64,000 bases of DNA from an uncultured Methanosarcinales archaeon (GCA_964344235.1 CAYFMJ010000001.1:64001-128000), one strand, 5' to 3'; numbered from the stretch's first letter, positions 27,020 through 35,979 are shown. Notes: generated from the letters alone by a model not told the origin. A program made the numbers and translations.

Positions 27020-27775
27020 ATGAATACAAAAATAAATCCGGAGGTTGCAGAGATCCTAGGAGCCTTTATAGGAGATGGGTGGCTTGAAAGCTCATTAGGT
27101 GCGATCTACATTACGGGTGATAAAACTGAGGATAAAGAGTATTATGATGCATTTTTAGGCCCTTTGTTTAGTGAACACTTTTCTCCCGTCACACCACAGC
27201 AATTCCCGTACTGGAATGTATATGGAATTGGTTCTTCTAAGAAAATAGCAATTGAGAAGTGCTTGAGTCTCGGTTTTCAACCAGGAAGTAAAGCACTCGT
27301 TGCAAAAATGCCAGACTTTATTATGAAAACACAAAATGTTGAGGTTAAGAAAGCTATTCTAAGGGGTATCTTTGACGCTGATGGATGTATATGGTTTGAT
27401 AGATCAAGAGCCAAGACATCTAACGAATGGAAGAGAAAATATCATTATATTCCAATTATAGAAATTTCCTCTTGTTCACAAAATTTATTACAACAAATGA
27501 AAGAAATCCTAACTACTTTTGGAATAGAATCACTTATTATACTAAAGAGTAAAGCGGGAAGAAAATTCAATAGGAATCGACATGATTCTTTCTCTTTAAA
27601 AATAAGGAAAATTGACCATGTTAAAAAATGGTTCAGTATTATTGGTTCTAGTAATTCAAGACACCAAACGAGGTATGCTGTTTGGAAAAAATTCGGCTTT
27701 CTTCCGCCAAGGACAAATATTAACCAAAGAAAGCAAATTTTAGCGGGGAAATTAGATCCTAAGAGTTTCTATTAA
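27020..27775 (+). CDS. Free-standing double-motif LAGLIDADG endonuclease
   Basis: VAEILGAFIGDGW and ILRGIFDADGC. Confidence 0.87.
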   Translation: MNTKINPEVAEILGAFIGDGWLESSLGAIYITGDKTEDKEYYDAFLGPLFSEHFSPVTPQQFPYWNVYGIGSSKKIAIEKCLSLGFQPGSKALVAKMPDFIMKTQNVEVKKAILRGIFDADGCIWFDRSRAKTSNEWKRKYHYIPIIEISSCSQNLLQQMKEILTTFGIESLIILKSKAGRKFNRNRHDSFSLKIRKIDHVKKWFSIIGSSNSRHQTRYAVWKKFGFLPPRTNINQRKQILAGKLDPKSFY

Positions 27776-27816
27776 GTTTCACATAGCTTTTTAAACACCC
27801 AAAGTATTCTTTGTGG

Positions 27817-29151
27817 ATGCCAATTGAAGTATGCAGCATCGGTGGATTCTCGAAAACAGAAGGGAATTCCGTTGCGATTAAAGTTGATGATGAAGTTGTT
27901 ATTCTTGATATGGGTTTAGGGATGGAGTCGTACATCAAGTATCAGGAAGACCGCGAAGATGTCAAGAGCGAGAAGGATTACAAAGATCTTGTAAAAGTTG
28001 GTGCGGTTCCTAATTATAGTTTCATTGCTGATTGGAAAAGCATGGTTAAGGCGATCGTGCCAAGCCATGGTCACCTCGACCACGTAGGGGCGATTCCGTT
28101 TGGTGCGCATTTATTCCCGACTGCCCCCGTGGTGTCAACACCGTATAGTATTGAGGTGCTGAAAAGTATTTTATGGGATGAGCACATTAAGTTACGGAAT
28201 GAATTAGTAACGATTCAATTAAATGGTTTGTATAAAGTGTCTGACAAGATTACATTAGAGTTCATTAATGTGACACATTCTATTCCACACACGGCAATAA
28301 TCTGCGTGCATACCCCATATGGCAAGGTGTTATATGCTAATGATTACAAGTTTGATAGACAACCAGTGATTGGAAAGAAGCCAAACTTTGCACGGTTGAA
28401 AGAGTTAGGAGATGAAGGAGTTGCGTTACTTATTGTGAACTGTTTATATGCGCACGCGCAAAAGAAAACCCCCTCTGAATCAGTTGCACGACAAATGTTG
28501 AAAGATGTGGTGTTGGGAGTAGAGACGGAAGGAAAAGCGATGATTGTGACAACGTTTAGTAGTCATTTAGCAAGGCTAAAAAGTATCATCGAAATGGGGA
28601 GGAAACTAGATCGAAAAATAGTGTTTATTGGTAGGTCGCTGATGAAGTATGTGAAAGCGGCTGAAAGAATTAATTTGGTTTCGTTTACCAATCAAGTAAA
28701 GATGATGAGGCATCGGGATAAAATTGAGCAAACATTAAGGCAAGTACAAAAGAATAAAGGGAAATATCTTATTGTCTGTACGGGCCACCAAGGGGAACCG
28801 CGAGCGGTGTTATCACGAATAGCTCGAGGGGAGCTGGACTTCAAGTTGAGTCATGGAGATGTTATAATATTTAGTTGTCAAGTTATTCCCGTTGAAGTCA
28901 GTATCAAAAATCGTGAAAGATTGGAAAAGAGTTTACGCAATTATAATGTAAGAATCTTCAGAGATGTCCACGTTTCCGGCCATGGGGCACTGGAAGATCA
29001 TCGTGATTTATTGGAATTAGTAAAGCCAAAGGAAATTATGCCGATTCACGCCGAGAACGAGAAAGCGAAGATGCTTGCTGATTTCGCAGCGAAGTTGGGG
29101 TATAAGAAAACACATATCATGCAAGATGGTGGGAGAATAGTTGTCAAGTGA
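27817..29151 (+). CDS. rnj: Ribonuclease J (beta-CASP metallo-beta-lactamase)
   Basis: SHGHLDHVGAIP, THSIP, TTFSSH..R, TGHQGEP, HVSGHG. Confidence 0.9.
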   Translation: MPIEVCSIGGFSKTEGNSVAIKVDDEVVILDMGLGMESYIKYQEDREDVKSEKDYKDLVKVGAVPNYSFIADWKSMVKAIVPSHGHLDHVGAIPFGAHLFPTAPVVSTPYSIEVLKSILWDEHIKLRNELVTIQLNGLYKVSDKITLEFINVTHSIPHTAIICVHTPYGKVLYANDYKFDRQPVIGKKPNFARLKELGDEGVALLIVNCLYAHAQKKTPSESVARQMLKDVVLGVETEGKAMIVTTFSSHLARLKSIIEMGRKLDRKIVFIGRSLMKYVKAAERINLVSFTNQVKMMRHRDKIEQTLRQVQKNKGKYLIVCTGHQGEPRAVLSRIARGELDFKLSHGDVIIFSCQVIPVEVSIKNRERLEKSLRNYNVRIFRDVHVSGHGALEDHRDLLELVKPKEIMPIHAENEKAKMLADFAAKLGYKKTHIMQDGGRIVVK

Positions 29152-29185
29152 TTTATCACCTTTCGGTGCCGATTTCTCTATGAAA

Positions 29186-29200
29186 CTACTGGACAACAAC
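29186..29200 (+). promoter_or_regulatory. Conserved motif upstream of pcn (CTACTGGACAACAAC), 5 nt from TATA TTATAAAT
   Basis: Shares ACTGGACAAC exactly with 26956-26965. Confidence 0.6.
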
Positions 29201-29249
29201 AAATCTTATAAATGGTTTTGACTCGGAGAGAGAGTAGAGGGTGTGAATC

Positions 29250-29996
29250 ATGAAATTAGTCTTAGCAGAACCACGATATTTTAAGGATAGTATTTCTATT
29301 GTTTCAGAATTAGTTACGGAGGCGAAGTTTAAGATTGGGAAGGATGGATTAGAGTTAGTGGCGATGGATCCCGCGAACGTGGCGATGGTGGTGTTTAAAT
29401 TATTAAGTAGTTCTTTTACACAGTATGAAGTTTCTGAACCAGAAGAAGTAGCAATTAATTTAGGGAATTTAAAACAGATTCTGCGAAGGGCGAAGGGTGA
29501 TGATGTTTTAACCCTTGAAACTACGGAGGATAATAAATTAAAGATTCAGATGAAAAGTGGAACGACACGTTCATTTTCAATTCCAACGTTAGAGATTGAG
29601 GATAAGGAGCAGCGTGTGCCAGATTTAACATTTCCCATTACAGTTACTATGACTGCAGATATGCTAGCTGAAGCGGTTGAAGACGTTTCCGTTGTTGCGG
29701 AGTCGGTGACGTTTCTGGGAGAGAAGCAACAATTATTAGTGAAAGCAGAAGGGGATTTATCAAAAGCGTTTATTGAAATTAAGCCGAATGATACGGCTGC
29801 CATTGTAGCGGAAGCAGATACCAAGTATAAAGCAAAGTATTCTTTGGAGTATCTGAAGAAAATGATTTCCGGTGGGAAGTTAACTGACCAAGTAACTTTA
29901 CAGTTTAACACGGATTATCCAATGAAGTTAGAATATAAGTTAACGGACAGGTTGTTGTTAAGTTTTATTCTCGCTCCTCGAGTCGATAATGATTAG
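29250..29996 (+). CDS. pcn: PCNA sliding clamp
   Basis: AMDPANVAMV, YSLEYL, PMKL.Y, FILAPRV. Confidence 0.95.
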   Translation: MKLVLAEPRYFKDSISIVSELVTEAKFKIGKDGLELVAMDPANVAMVVFKLLSSSFTQYEVSEPEEVAINLGNLKQILRRAKGDDVLTLETTEDNKLKIQMKSGTTRSFSIPTLEIEDKEQRVPDLTFPITVTMTADMLAEAVEDVSVVAESVTFLGEKQQLLVKAEGDLSKAFIEIKPNDTAAIVAEADTKYKAKYSLEYLKKMISGGKLTDQVTLQFNTDYPMKLEYKLTDRLLLSFILAPRVDND

Positions 29997-30027
29997 ATTT
30001 TTATAGTGGCGTTTTTTTAGGGTATTT

Positions 30028-30516
30028 ATGAGTATTACTAGTAAGAATGTTGGAGTCGGCCTAATTGTGTTAGGAATCGTGTTAATTAGTATTCTTTCGT
30101 TAGTGAAAATTAACTTTGATAGTCAGGCTGTGTTCCTCTGCCAGGCTGTAAGTAACGATCCAGGAGTTGAGATGGCTGACTGTCCGGCTCATACAAGTAA
30201 TATCCCTTGGTTAGTTACGGTTGGATTCGGTGTGGCGTTTCTGGTGTTGGCAGCAGGGATTTATCTGTTTGTTGCCAGTCGAGGAGTAGTGCAGAAGAGA
30301 GAGGTTAGCGTGGTGGATACAAAACACTTTTCTGAAGAAGAGAAACAGATAGTTAGTATTTTGGCTGAACGGGGTTCAATGTATCAGAGTGACTTGATTA
30401 AGGAGACTGGCTTTAGTAAAGTGAAAATAACGAGATTATTAGATAAATTAGAGCATGATGATAGAATCCTCGAGCGAAAGCGGCGGGGGATGGCGAATAT
30501 TGTTGTGTTAAAGTGA
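30028..30516 (+). CDS. Membrane-anchored winged-helix transcriptional regulator (copy 1)
   Basis: TM-loop(2 Cys)-TM, then YQSDLIKETGFSKVKITRLLDKLE...RKRRGMAN. Confidence 0.8.
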   Translation: MSITSKNVGVGLIVLGIVLISILSLVKINFDSQAVFLCQAVSNDPGVEMADCPAHTSNIPWLVTVGFGVAFLVLAAGIYLFVASRGVVQKREVSVVDTKHFSEEEKQIVSILAERGSMYQSDLIKETGFSKVKITRLLDKLEHDDRILERKRRGMANIVVLK

Positions 30517-30518
30517 GT

Positions 30519-30534
30519 TTGAAACTAGTTTCAA
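30519..30534. promoter_or_regulatory. Perfect 16-bp palindrome TTGAAACTAGTTTCAA, candidate operator
   Basis: Lies between the regulator stop and the first gene of the metal-related module. Confidence 0.55.
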
Positions 30535-30580
30535 CAGTAGATAGTTAAGGTGTTTCTTCCATCTTTTTCTAACGAGGTTA

Positions 30581-31033
30581 ATGAAAATGAATGGAAAACT
30601 GATGATTATTGCTAGTGTAGTGTTGGTACTCTTTCTTGTCGGATGTAACTCTGAAACGGGAAGCGAAACGAAAGCGGTTGTGTTTAAATCAGCGAGTTGT
30701 GGGTGCTGTGGGATTTATGCTGAGTATATGGATCATAAAGGTTTTGATGTGAACGTGGAGACAACGGAGTTAATGGGCCAGGTAAAACAGAAATATGACG
30801 TGCCATCACATTTGGAAAGTTGTCATACAACTGATGTTGGTGGTTATTTCGTTGAGGGGCATATCCCAGTTGAGGCCATTGAGAAGCTGCTTACAGAAAA
30901 ACCAGAGATTGCGGGAATTGCGATGCCAGGAATGCCTTCGGGAAGTCCGGGAATGCCTGGGCCAAAGGATGAAATATGGACTATTTATGCAGTGCATCAT
31001 AATGGAAGTATAAGTGAGTTCATGAAAATTTGA
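30581..31033 (+). CDS. DUF411-family metal-binding lipoprotein
   Basis: Lipobox LVGC, SASCGCC, SCHT, EGHIP, GMPSGSPGM. Confidence 0.88.
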   Translation: MKMNGKLMIIASVVLVLFLVGCNSETGSETKAVVFKSASCGCCGIYAEYMDHKGFDVNVETTELMGQVKQKYDVPSHLESCHTTDVGGYFVEGHIPVEAIEKLLTEKPEIAGIAMPGMPSGSPGMPGPKDEIWTIYAVHHNGSISEFMKI

Positions 31034-31039
31034 GGTGGG

Positions 31040-31555
31040 ATGATGAAGTTCAAAACAATTTCGTGGGGTACGTTGTTCTTGTTGTTGCCCTTCTCGGTAA
31101 AAGCGCATTGTCCTCTTTGTACAATAGGTGTAGCTGCTGCTGCAGGCGGAGCTGCGTATCTTGGAGTGCACGTTGCAGTGATTGGGTTGTTTGTTGGGGC
31201 ATTTGCTGTGTCAACTGGTTGGTGGGCTTCACGGTGGTTGAAGAAGCAATGTGTGCCATTTCAGAAAACGTTGATTATAGTAGCGGCGTTTTTACTCACT
31301 GTAATTCCGATTCTGCCATTGATCGAAAGTTCATATCCTTTGTATATCCCCTGGTTGGGCGTGTATGGAACAACACTTGTTGTGAATAGTGCTTTGGTAA
31401 CGAGTCTTTTAGGGGGTTTGGTAGTTGCAGGCGCGCCGTCTTTGAGCAAGAAGATCAGTGGGTTGCGAGAGGGTAAGATGATTCCATTTCAGGGAGTTTT
31501 GTTGACGTTAGCATTGCTCGCTGTTGTAGGGGTGTTGATCCAGGTGGTGATGTAA
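31040..31555 (+). CDS. Membrane protein with HCPLC motif
   Basis: Cleavable-looking signal (VKA/HCPLCT) and several TM helices. Confidence 0.75.
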   Translation: MMKFKTISWGTLFLLLPFSVKAHCPLCTIGVAAAAGGAAYLGVHVAVIGLFVGAFAVSTGWWASRWLKKQCVPFQKTLIIVAAFLLTVIPILPLIESSYPLYIPWLGVYGTTLVVNSALVTSLLGGLVVAGAPSLSKKISGLREGKMIPFQGVLLTLALLAVVGVLIQVVM

Positions 31556-32005
31556 ATGGAAGAGGTCTTTGTTATTTTTGTGAGTATAATTTCACTATTC
31601 TTGTTATTGCTAGTGGTTAAACAGTTTTTGCCTCAAAGCATTAAAGAGCGGTTGTGTGTTCTCTGTGCAGGTGTTTCTCTCACGTGGATTGCTCTGTTAG
31701 TGTTTTACTATCTTGGGGTCTTTGAAAGTAAAATATTAATTGCTTTGTTAATGGGAAATACAATGCTAGGCATTTTTTACCTTGTTGAGAAGAAAGTGCA
31801 AGAAGAGTTGAAAGTGTTTCGGTTGCCGTTCTATCTGACGTTGTTGTTTATTGCAGTTGGGTTGCTGCAGATACAGGTGTCCTTTGGAGTTGTGGTGTTA
31901 CTCGGAGCAGTATGGGCTGTGTTTTTAGGTTTGTATTTGTTTAAGCAAAATGCTACAGTACATAGGACTGTGAAAAAAATCATTGAATGTTGTAAAAATT
32001 GGTAA
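31556..32005 (+). CDS. Membrane protein with CxxC and C-terminal CC
   Basis: LCVLCAGVSLTW; ends IIECCKNW. Confidence 0.75.
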   Translation: MEEVFVIFVSIISLFLLLLVVKQFLPQSIKERLCVLCAGVSLTWIALLVFYYLGVFESKILIALLMGNTMLGIFYLVEKKVQEELKVFRLPFYLTLLFIAVGLLQIQVSFGVVVLLGAVWAVFLGLYLFKQNATVHRTVKKIIECCKNW

Positions 32006-32036
32006 AGCATAAATAGAAAATAATATTGGTGAGATT

Positions 32037-33047
32037 ATGGGAAGCGATTGTTGTCATACGGGCGGAGATTGGTATAAAGAGAAGTTCTGGATTGTCACGT
32101 TTATTGTGATTGCAGTGTTAGTTGTATCACATCTTGTTCCGTTTTTGAATCCTGTGCTTGATGCGTTTGTGGATTATCTGCAAATTATCTGGTGGGCGGT
32201 GTTGTTAGGGTTGTTTTTAGGTGGCGTAATAGATAGGTTTGTGCCGGATGAATATGTAGCAAAGTTTTTATCGAAACCAAAAAAAACGACGATTTTTAAC
32301 GCTGCCATTTTAGGTTTTTTAATGTCGGCATGCAGTCATGGGATTTTAGCTATCGCAATTCAGTTGTATAAGAAAGGAGCTTCTGTTCCGGCAGTGATTG
32401 CGTTTCTGTTAGCATCACCATGGGCGAACTTGCCGATAACGATTCTATTATTTGGATTTTTTGGGGTGAAAGCGTTGTTGTTAATTGTGGCGGCAGTTAT
32501 TATTGCAATTATTACGGGGTTTGTCTATCAGTTATTGGATAAAAAAGGCTGGATTGAGAAAGCGCCAGAAGTTATAATGCGGGATTTTGCGTTGAAAGAA
32601 GATGTGAAGAAGCGGTGGCAGAGTTATTCATTTGATTTTAGAAAGGATGTTGGTGGCGTGTTGAAGGGTATGTGGTCATTAAACAAAATGGTAACGTGGT
32701 GGATTTTGCTTGGCATGTTAGCAGCGTCATTTGTAAGAGCATTTGTGCCGACACACCTCTTTCACCAATATATGGGTGCAACGTTTCTAGGGATGGTGGT
32801 TGTATTAATAGTAGCAACGATTATTGAAGTGTGCTCTGAGGGGAGTAGCCCTTTAGCATTTGAAATTTATAATCAAACAGGGGCGTTTGGAAATAGTTTT
32901 GTGTTCTTAATGGCAGGTGTGGCTACAGATTATACAGAAATTGGTTTGCTATGGAGTAATATCGGGAAGAAAACGGCATTGTGGTTGCCAGTAATTACTG
33001 TACCGCAGATTTTAGTTGTTGGGTACTTGTTGAATGTGTTACTTTAA
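32037..33047 (+). CDS. Permease, DUF318/ArsP family
   Basis: SACSHG, AFLLASPWAN, EVCSEG; N-terminal DCCH. Confidence 0.8.
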   Translation: MGSDCCHTGGDWYKEKFWIVTFIVIAVLVVSHLVPFLNPVLDAFVDYLQIIWWAVLLGLFLGGVIDRFVPDEYVAKFLSKPKKTTIFNAAILGFLMSACSHGILAIAIQLYKKGASVPAVIAFLLASPWANLPITILLFGFFGVKALLLIVAAVIIAIITGFVYQLLDKKGWIEKAPEVIMRDFALKEDVKKRWQSYSFDFRKDVGGVLKGMWSLNKMVTWWILLGMLAASFVRAFVPTHLFHQYMGATFLGMVVVLIVATIIEVCSEGSSPLAFEIYNQTGAFGNSFVFLMAGVATDYTEIGLLWSNIGKKTALWLPVITVPQILVVGYLLNVLL

Positions 33048-33409
33048 TCAAAATATTCAACGTCGTCAGAAGTAATGGTGATTTCTTTCGGTGCTGGTTT
33101 TGAGTAGGAAGGTTTCGGTTTTTCTTGGGTTGTTGAGGTCGGTGCGTCTTTCATCGTTATGTCTTTAATTTGCATTGCTTTTTGAAAATTAAAGTTGCCA
33201 CAATTAATGCAGTTAAAGTATGCTCCAAATTTGCCAACACGTTGTTCTAGCCAGGAACCGCAGGTGCATTTGATTTCTTCGAATTTGGATTTAACATGTT
33301 TTGGGCAGACTTCGATGCCCTGCTCGTTTTTTTGAGTTGCTTGTCCTTGGCAGAATGGGCAACGGATGACTTTATAATTTCCGTATTGTTTTTTTGCTTT
33401 GAAGCGCAT
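33044..33409 (-). CDS. Small double zinc-ribbon protein
   Basis: CPFC..CPKH and CTC..GKFGAYFNCINC. Confidence 0.7.
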   Translation of the reverse strand: MRFKAKKQYGNYKVIRCPFCQGQATQKNEQGIEVCPKHVKSKFEEIKCTCGSWLEQRVGKFGAYFNCINCGNFNFQKAMQIKDITMKDAPTSTTQEKPKPSYSKPAPKEITITSDDVEYFD

Positions 33410-33446
33410 AAGAGAAGAGTTGTTGTTGATTTTATAAAACTAAGGG

Positions 33447-34442
33447 TTACTTCATCTTTTGTAAGTATAGTTGCAGTTTCTTCCAGATTTTTTCTTTTGT
33501 ATCTGAATCTATTGAAAGCCTTTGTATCTCTGCTTGCCAATCAACATCAGGAAGTTTAGTGAGGGTACCTTTAAACGTTCTACCTGCGAGGATTGATTGA
33601 TGTTCAATCTCTTTAGCCAGTTCAGACCCAAAGAGTTTTGTTGCTTTAAATTTTGAAATGGTGTTAGCGCCAGATTTTAGTAGTGTTGAAACGTATTCGA
33701 TTCGGTCTTCCCAAATCCCGCATTGGATATCTAATGTTGGAAATGCAATTCGAAGTTGAGATATCCACCATGCTTGTTCTTCCACTGTAGGTTTTTGTGC
33801 CTTTTCGAAGGGGGTTCCTGCTTGTGGGATGAGCCCGTAGATGTGAATTTTGTTAATCCCATACTTAGTTATGAAGTTTTTTAGTAAGGTAAGGTCCTCT
33901 CTTGTTTCACCCATCCCTACAATAAAAGTCATTGCCCTTTGTAGACCCATCTCTTGTGCGTTTTTAAACATGATTTCGTATGGTTTTAGGGGTTTAGAAG
34001 GGCAGACTTGTTTATGGAGTTCTGGATTGATTGTTTCAGTGGAGCCAACAACCCCTTTAATGTATGGCTGGTAGCGTTGAAGTAATGGTTTAGCGACGGG
34101 TCCAACTGAAAGCCAGATCCTTTCTCCCGTAATTTCTACAGCTGCTTTGAGGAGAAATTCTAATTCGTCTGGTTTCAGCACACCTATGCCCCCCGTGAAG
34201 AAGCCAATGTCCCAGCCAAGATGTTTAGCAAGAATGAACTCAGCGAGAATAGACTCATTACTCCTTTTTGTTTCTTTAACAACTTTTTCTTTTGGTTGGG
34301 TGCTCATATAACAAAATGTACAGTCTCCAATCATACAACCCCAGCTAAAGAAAATAGCTCTCTCGAATTTAGTCTCTAGGAGGAAGTTCTGCTTGAAAAT
34401 AACTTCGGCTTGTTCAATTATTGTTATTGGTATTTGTTCCAT
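33447..34442 (-). CDS. Radical SAM protein (biotin-synthase-like fold)
   Basis: Cx4Cx2C cluster motif CMIGDCTFC, GSTETINPELH, IVGMGET. Confidence 0.8.
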   Translation of the reverse strand: MEQIPITIIEQAEVIFKQNFLLETKFERAIFFSWGCMIGDCTFCYMSTQPKEKVVKETKRSNESILAEFILAKHLGWDIGFFTGGIGVLKPDELEFLLKAAVEITGERIWLSVGPVAKPLLQRYQPYIKGVVGSTETINPELHKQVCPSKPLKPYEIMFKNAQEMGLQRAMTFIVGMGETREDLTLLKNFITKYGINKIHIYGLIPQAGTPFEKAQKPTVEEQAWWISQLRIAFPTLDIQCGIWEDRIEYVSTLLKSGANTISKFKATKLFGSELAKEIEHQSILAGRTFKGTLTKLPDVDWQAEIQRLSIDSDTKEKIWKKLQLYLQKMK

Positions 34443-34486
34443 AGGTGTCTATTTTCTTAGATTTTTTAAAAGAGTGATGGAAGTAA

Positions 34487-35254
34487 TTAGGTTCGTAATT
34501 TATAGCCGGTTTTAAAGAGATGGACACAGAGTAGGAAGAAGAATATTGTAAGGATGCTTACCAACAGTATGGAATGGGTTAGAGGAACATCTGACACGCC
34601 AATGAAGCCGTAGCGGAATCCATCAACCATGTAGAGGATTGGGTTGAATTTTGCAACAGATTGCCAAATCCCAGGTAACATTTGGATTGAGTAGAACACC
34701 CCACCAAGATAGGTTAATGGTGTGATGAGGAATGTTGAAAAGACGCTCATTTGATCAAAGTTCTCTGCCCAGAGTGCAGTAACGATACCAGCAAAGGCAA
34801 ACAGGAGAGATGTTGCGATGATAAAGAACAGTAAGAGAAAGAGGTTATGTACTGTTACTGTGGTGAAGAGTAAACTTACTGCGAGAATGCCAAAACCAAC
34901 AAGTAACGCACGGATAATCGCCGCTATAGTTAAGCCAGCAATAATTTGCCAGTAGGCAATTGGAGACACGAGTAATTCTTCTATCCCTCGATGAAACCGT
35001 TGGATGTATAATGAGAATGACGTGGAAGCATAGGCACTCATGATAACCCCCATCATTAACAATCCAGGAAGAATAAATTCTAGATACGACGTGCCAGCAA
35101 TTTCTGAAATTCTTGACCCCAATGAGTAACCGAAGATTACAATGAAGAGTGAGGACGTTAAAATAGGAGGGATAATGGTTTGTGTCCACACACGGAATGT
35201 CCGAGTTACTTCTTTTCGCGTTAATGTCCATAATGCGGTGAGGGTTGAAGTCAT
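34487..35254 (-). CDS. ABC-2 type transporter permease
   Basis: YLEFILPGL, TPLTYLGGVFYS, NPILYMVDGFRYG. Confidence 0.9.
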   Translation of the reverse strand: MTSTLTALWTLTRKEVTRTFRVWTQTIIPPILTSSLFIVIFGYSLGSRISEIAGTSYLEFILPGLLMMGVIMSAYASTSFSLYIQRFHRGIEELLVSPIAYWQIIAGLTIAAIIRALLVGFGILAVSLLFTTVTVHNLFLLLFFIIATSLLFAFAGIVTALWAENFDQMSVFSTFLITPLTYLGGVFYSIQMLPGIWQSVAKFNPILYMVDGFRYGFIGVSDVPLTHSILLVSILTIFFFLLCVHLFKTGYKLRT

Positions 35255-35979
35255 AGGTTTGTTAGTTCAATGAACACTTCCTCCAATTTTTTATCCTTGC
35301 CAGATGATTTTAGAAGATTTTCTTTTGTATCAAGTTTGATTATTTTGCCGTGATTAATTATTGCGATTCTTTCACATAATGCTTCTGCTTCCTCTAAATA
35401 GTGAGTTGTGAGAAGAATTGTTGTGCCTTCTTTGTTGAGTTGCTGCATATATTTCCACATAGTTTTACGTGTTTCAACATCGACACCGGCAGTTGGTTCA
35501 TCTAAGATGAGGATTTTTGGTTTGTGCATTAGTGCACGAGCGATCATTAATTTACGTTTCATTCCCCCCGAGAGAGTTCGGGCCTGTTCGTTGCGCTTTT
35601 CCCATAAGTTAAGTGCAGTGAGAACTTCTTTGATTCGATCGTGGCGTTCTTTTGCAGGGATGCCGAAATAGCCTGCATTAAAGTAAAGAATGTTGTACAC
35701 TTTTTCAAAGATATCGAAATTAAATTCTTGTGGCACTAATCCGATAAGTGCACGTGCTTCTTTGTAGTCTTCCGCTACATCTTTCTCAAAGAGTTTTACA
35801 GTTCCAGATGTTTTGTTTACTAGTCCAGTAAGAACCCCAATAGCTGTTGTTTTCCCAGCACCGTTAGGACCTAATAGACCAAAGAATTCTCCTTCGTTAA
35901 TCTCTAGTGAGATGTTATCAACTGCTTTGGTATTAGGGTATGCTTTTGTGAGGTTTTTGATAGTGATTGCAGCAGCCAT
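35251..35979 (-). CDS. ABC transporter ATP-binding protein
   Basis: GPNGAGKT, LSGGMKRK, LDEPT, TTHY. Confidence 0.93.
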   Translation of the reverse strand: MAAAITIKNLTKAYPNTKAVDNISLEINEGEFFGLLGPNGAGKTTAIGVLTGLVNKTSGTVKLFEKDVAEDYKEARALIGLVPQEFNFDIFEKVYNILYFNAGYFGIPAKERHDRIKEVLTALNLWEKRNEQARTLSGGMKRKLMIARALMHKPKILILDEPTAGVDVETRKTMWKYMQQLNKEGTTILLTTHYLEEAEALCERIAIINHGKIIKLDTKENLLKSSGKDKKLEEVFIELTNL

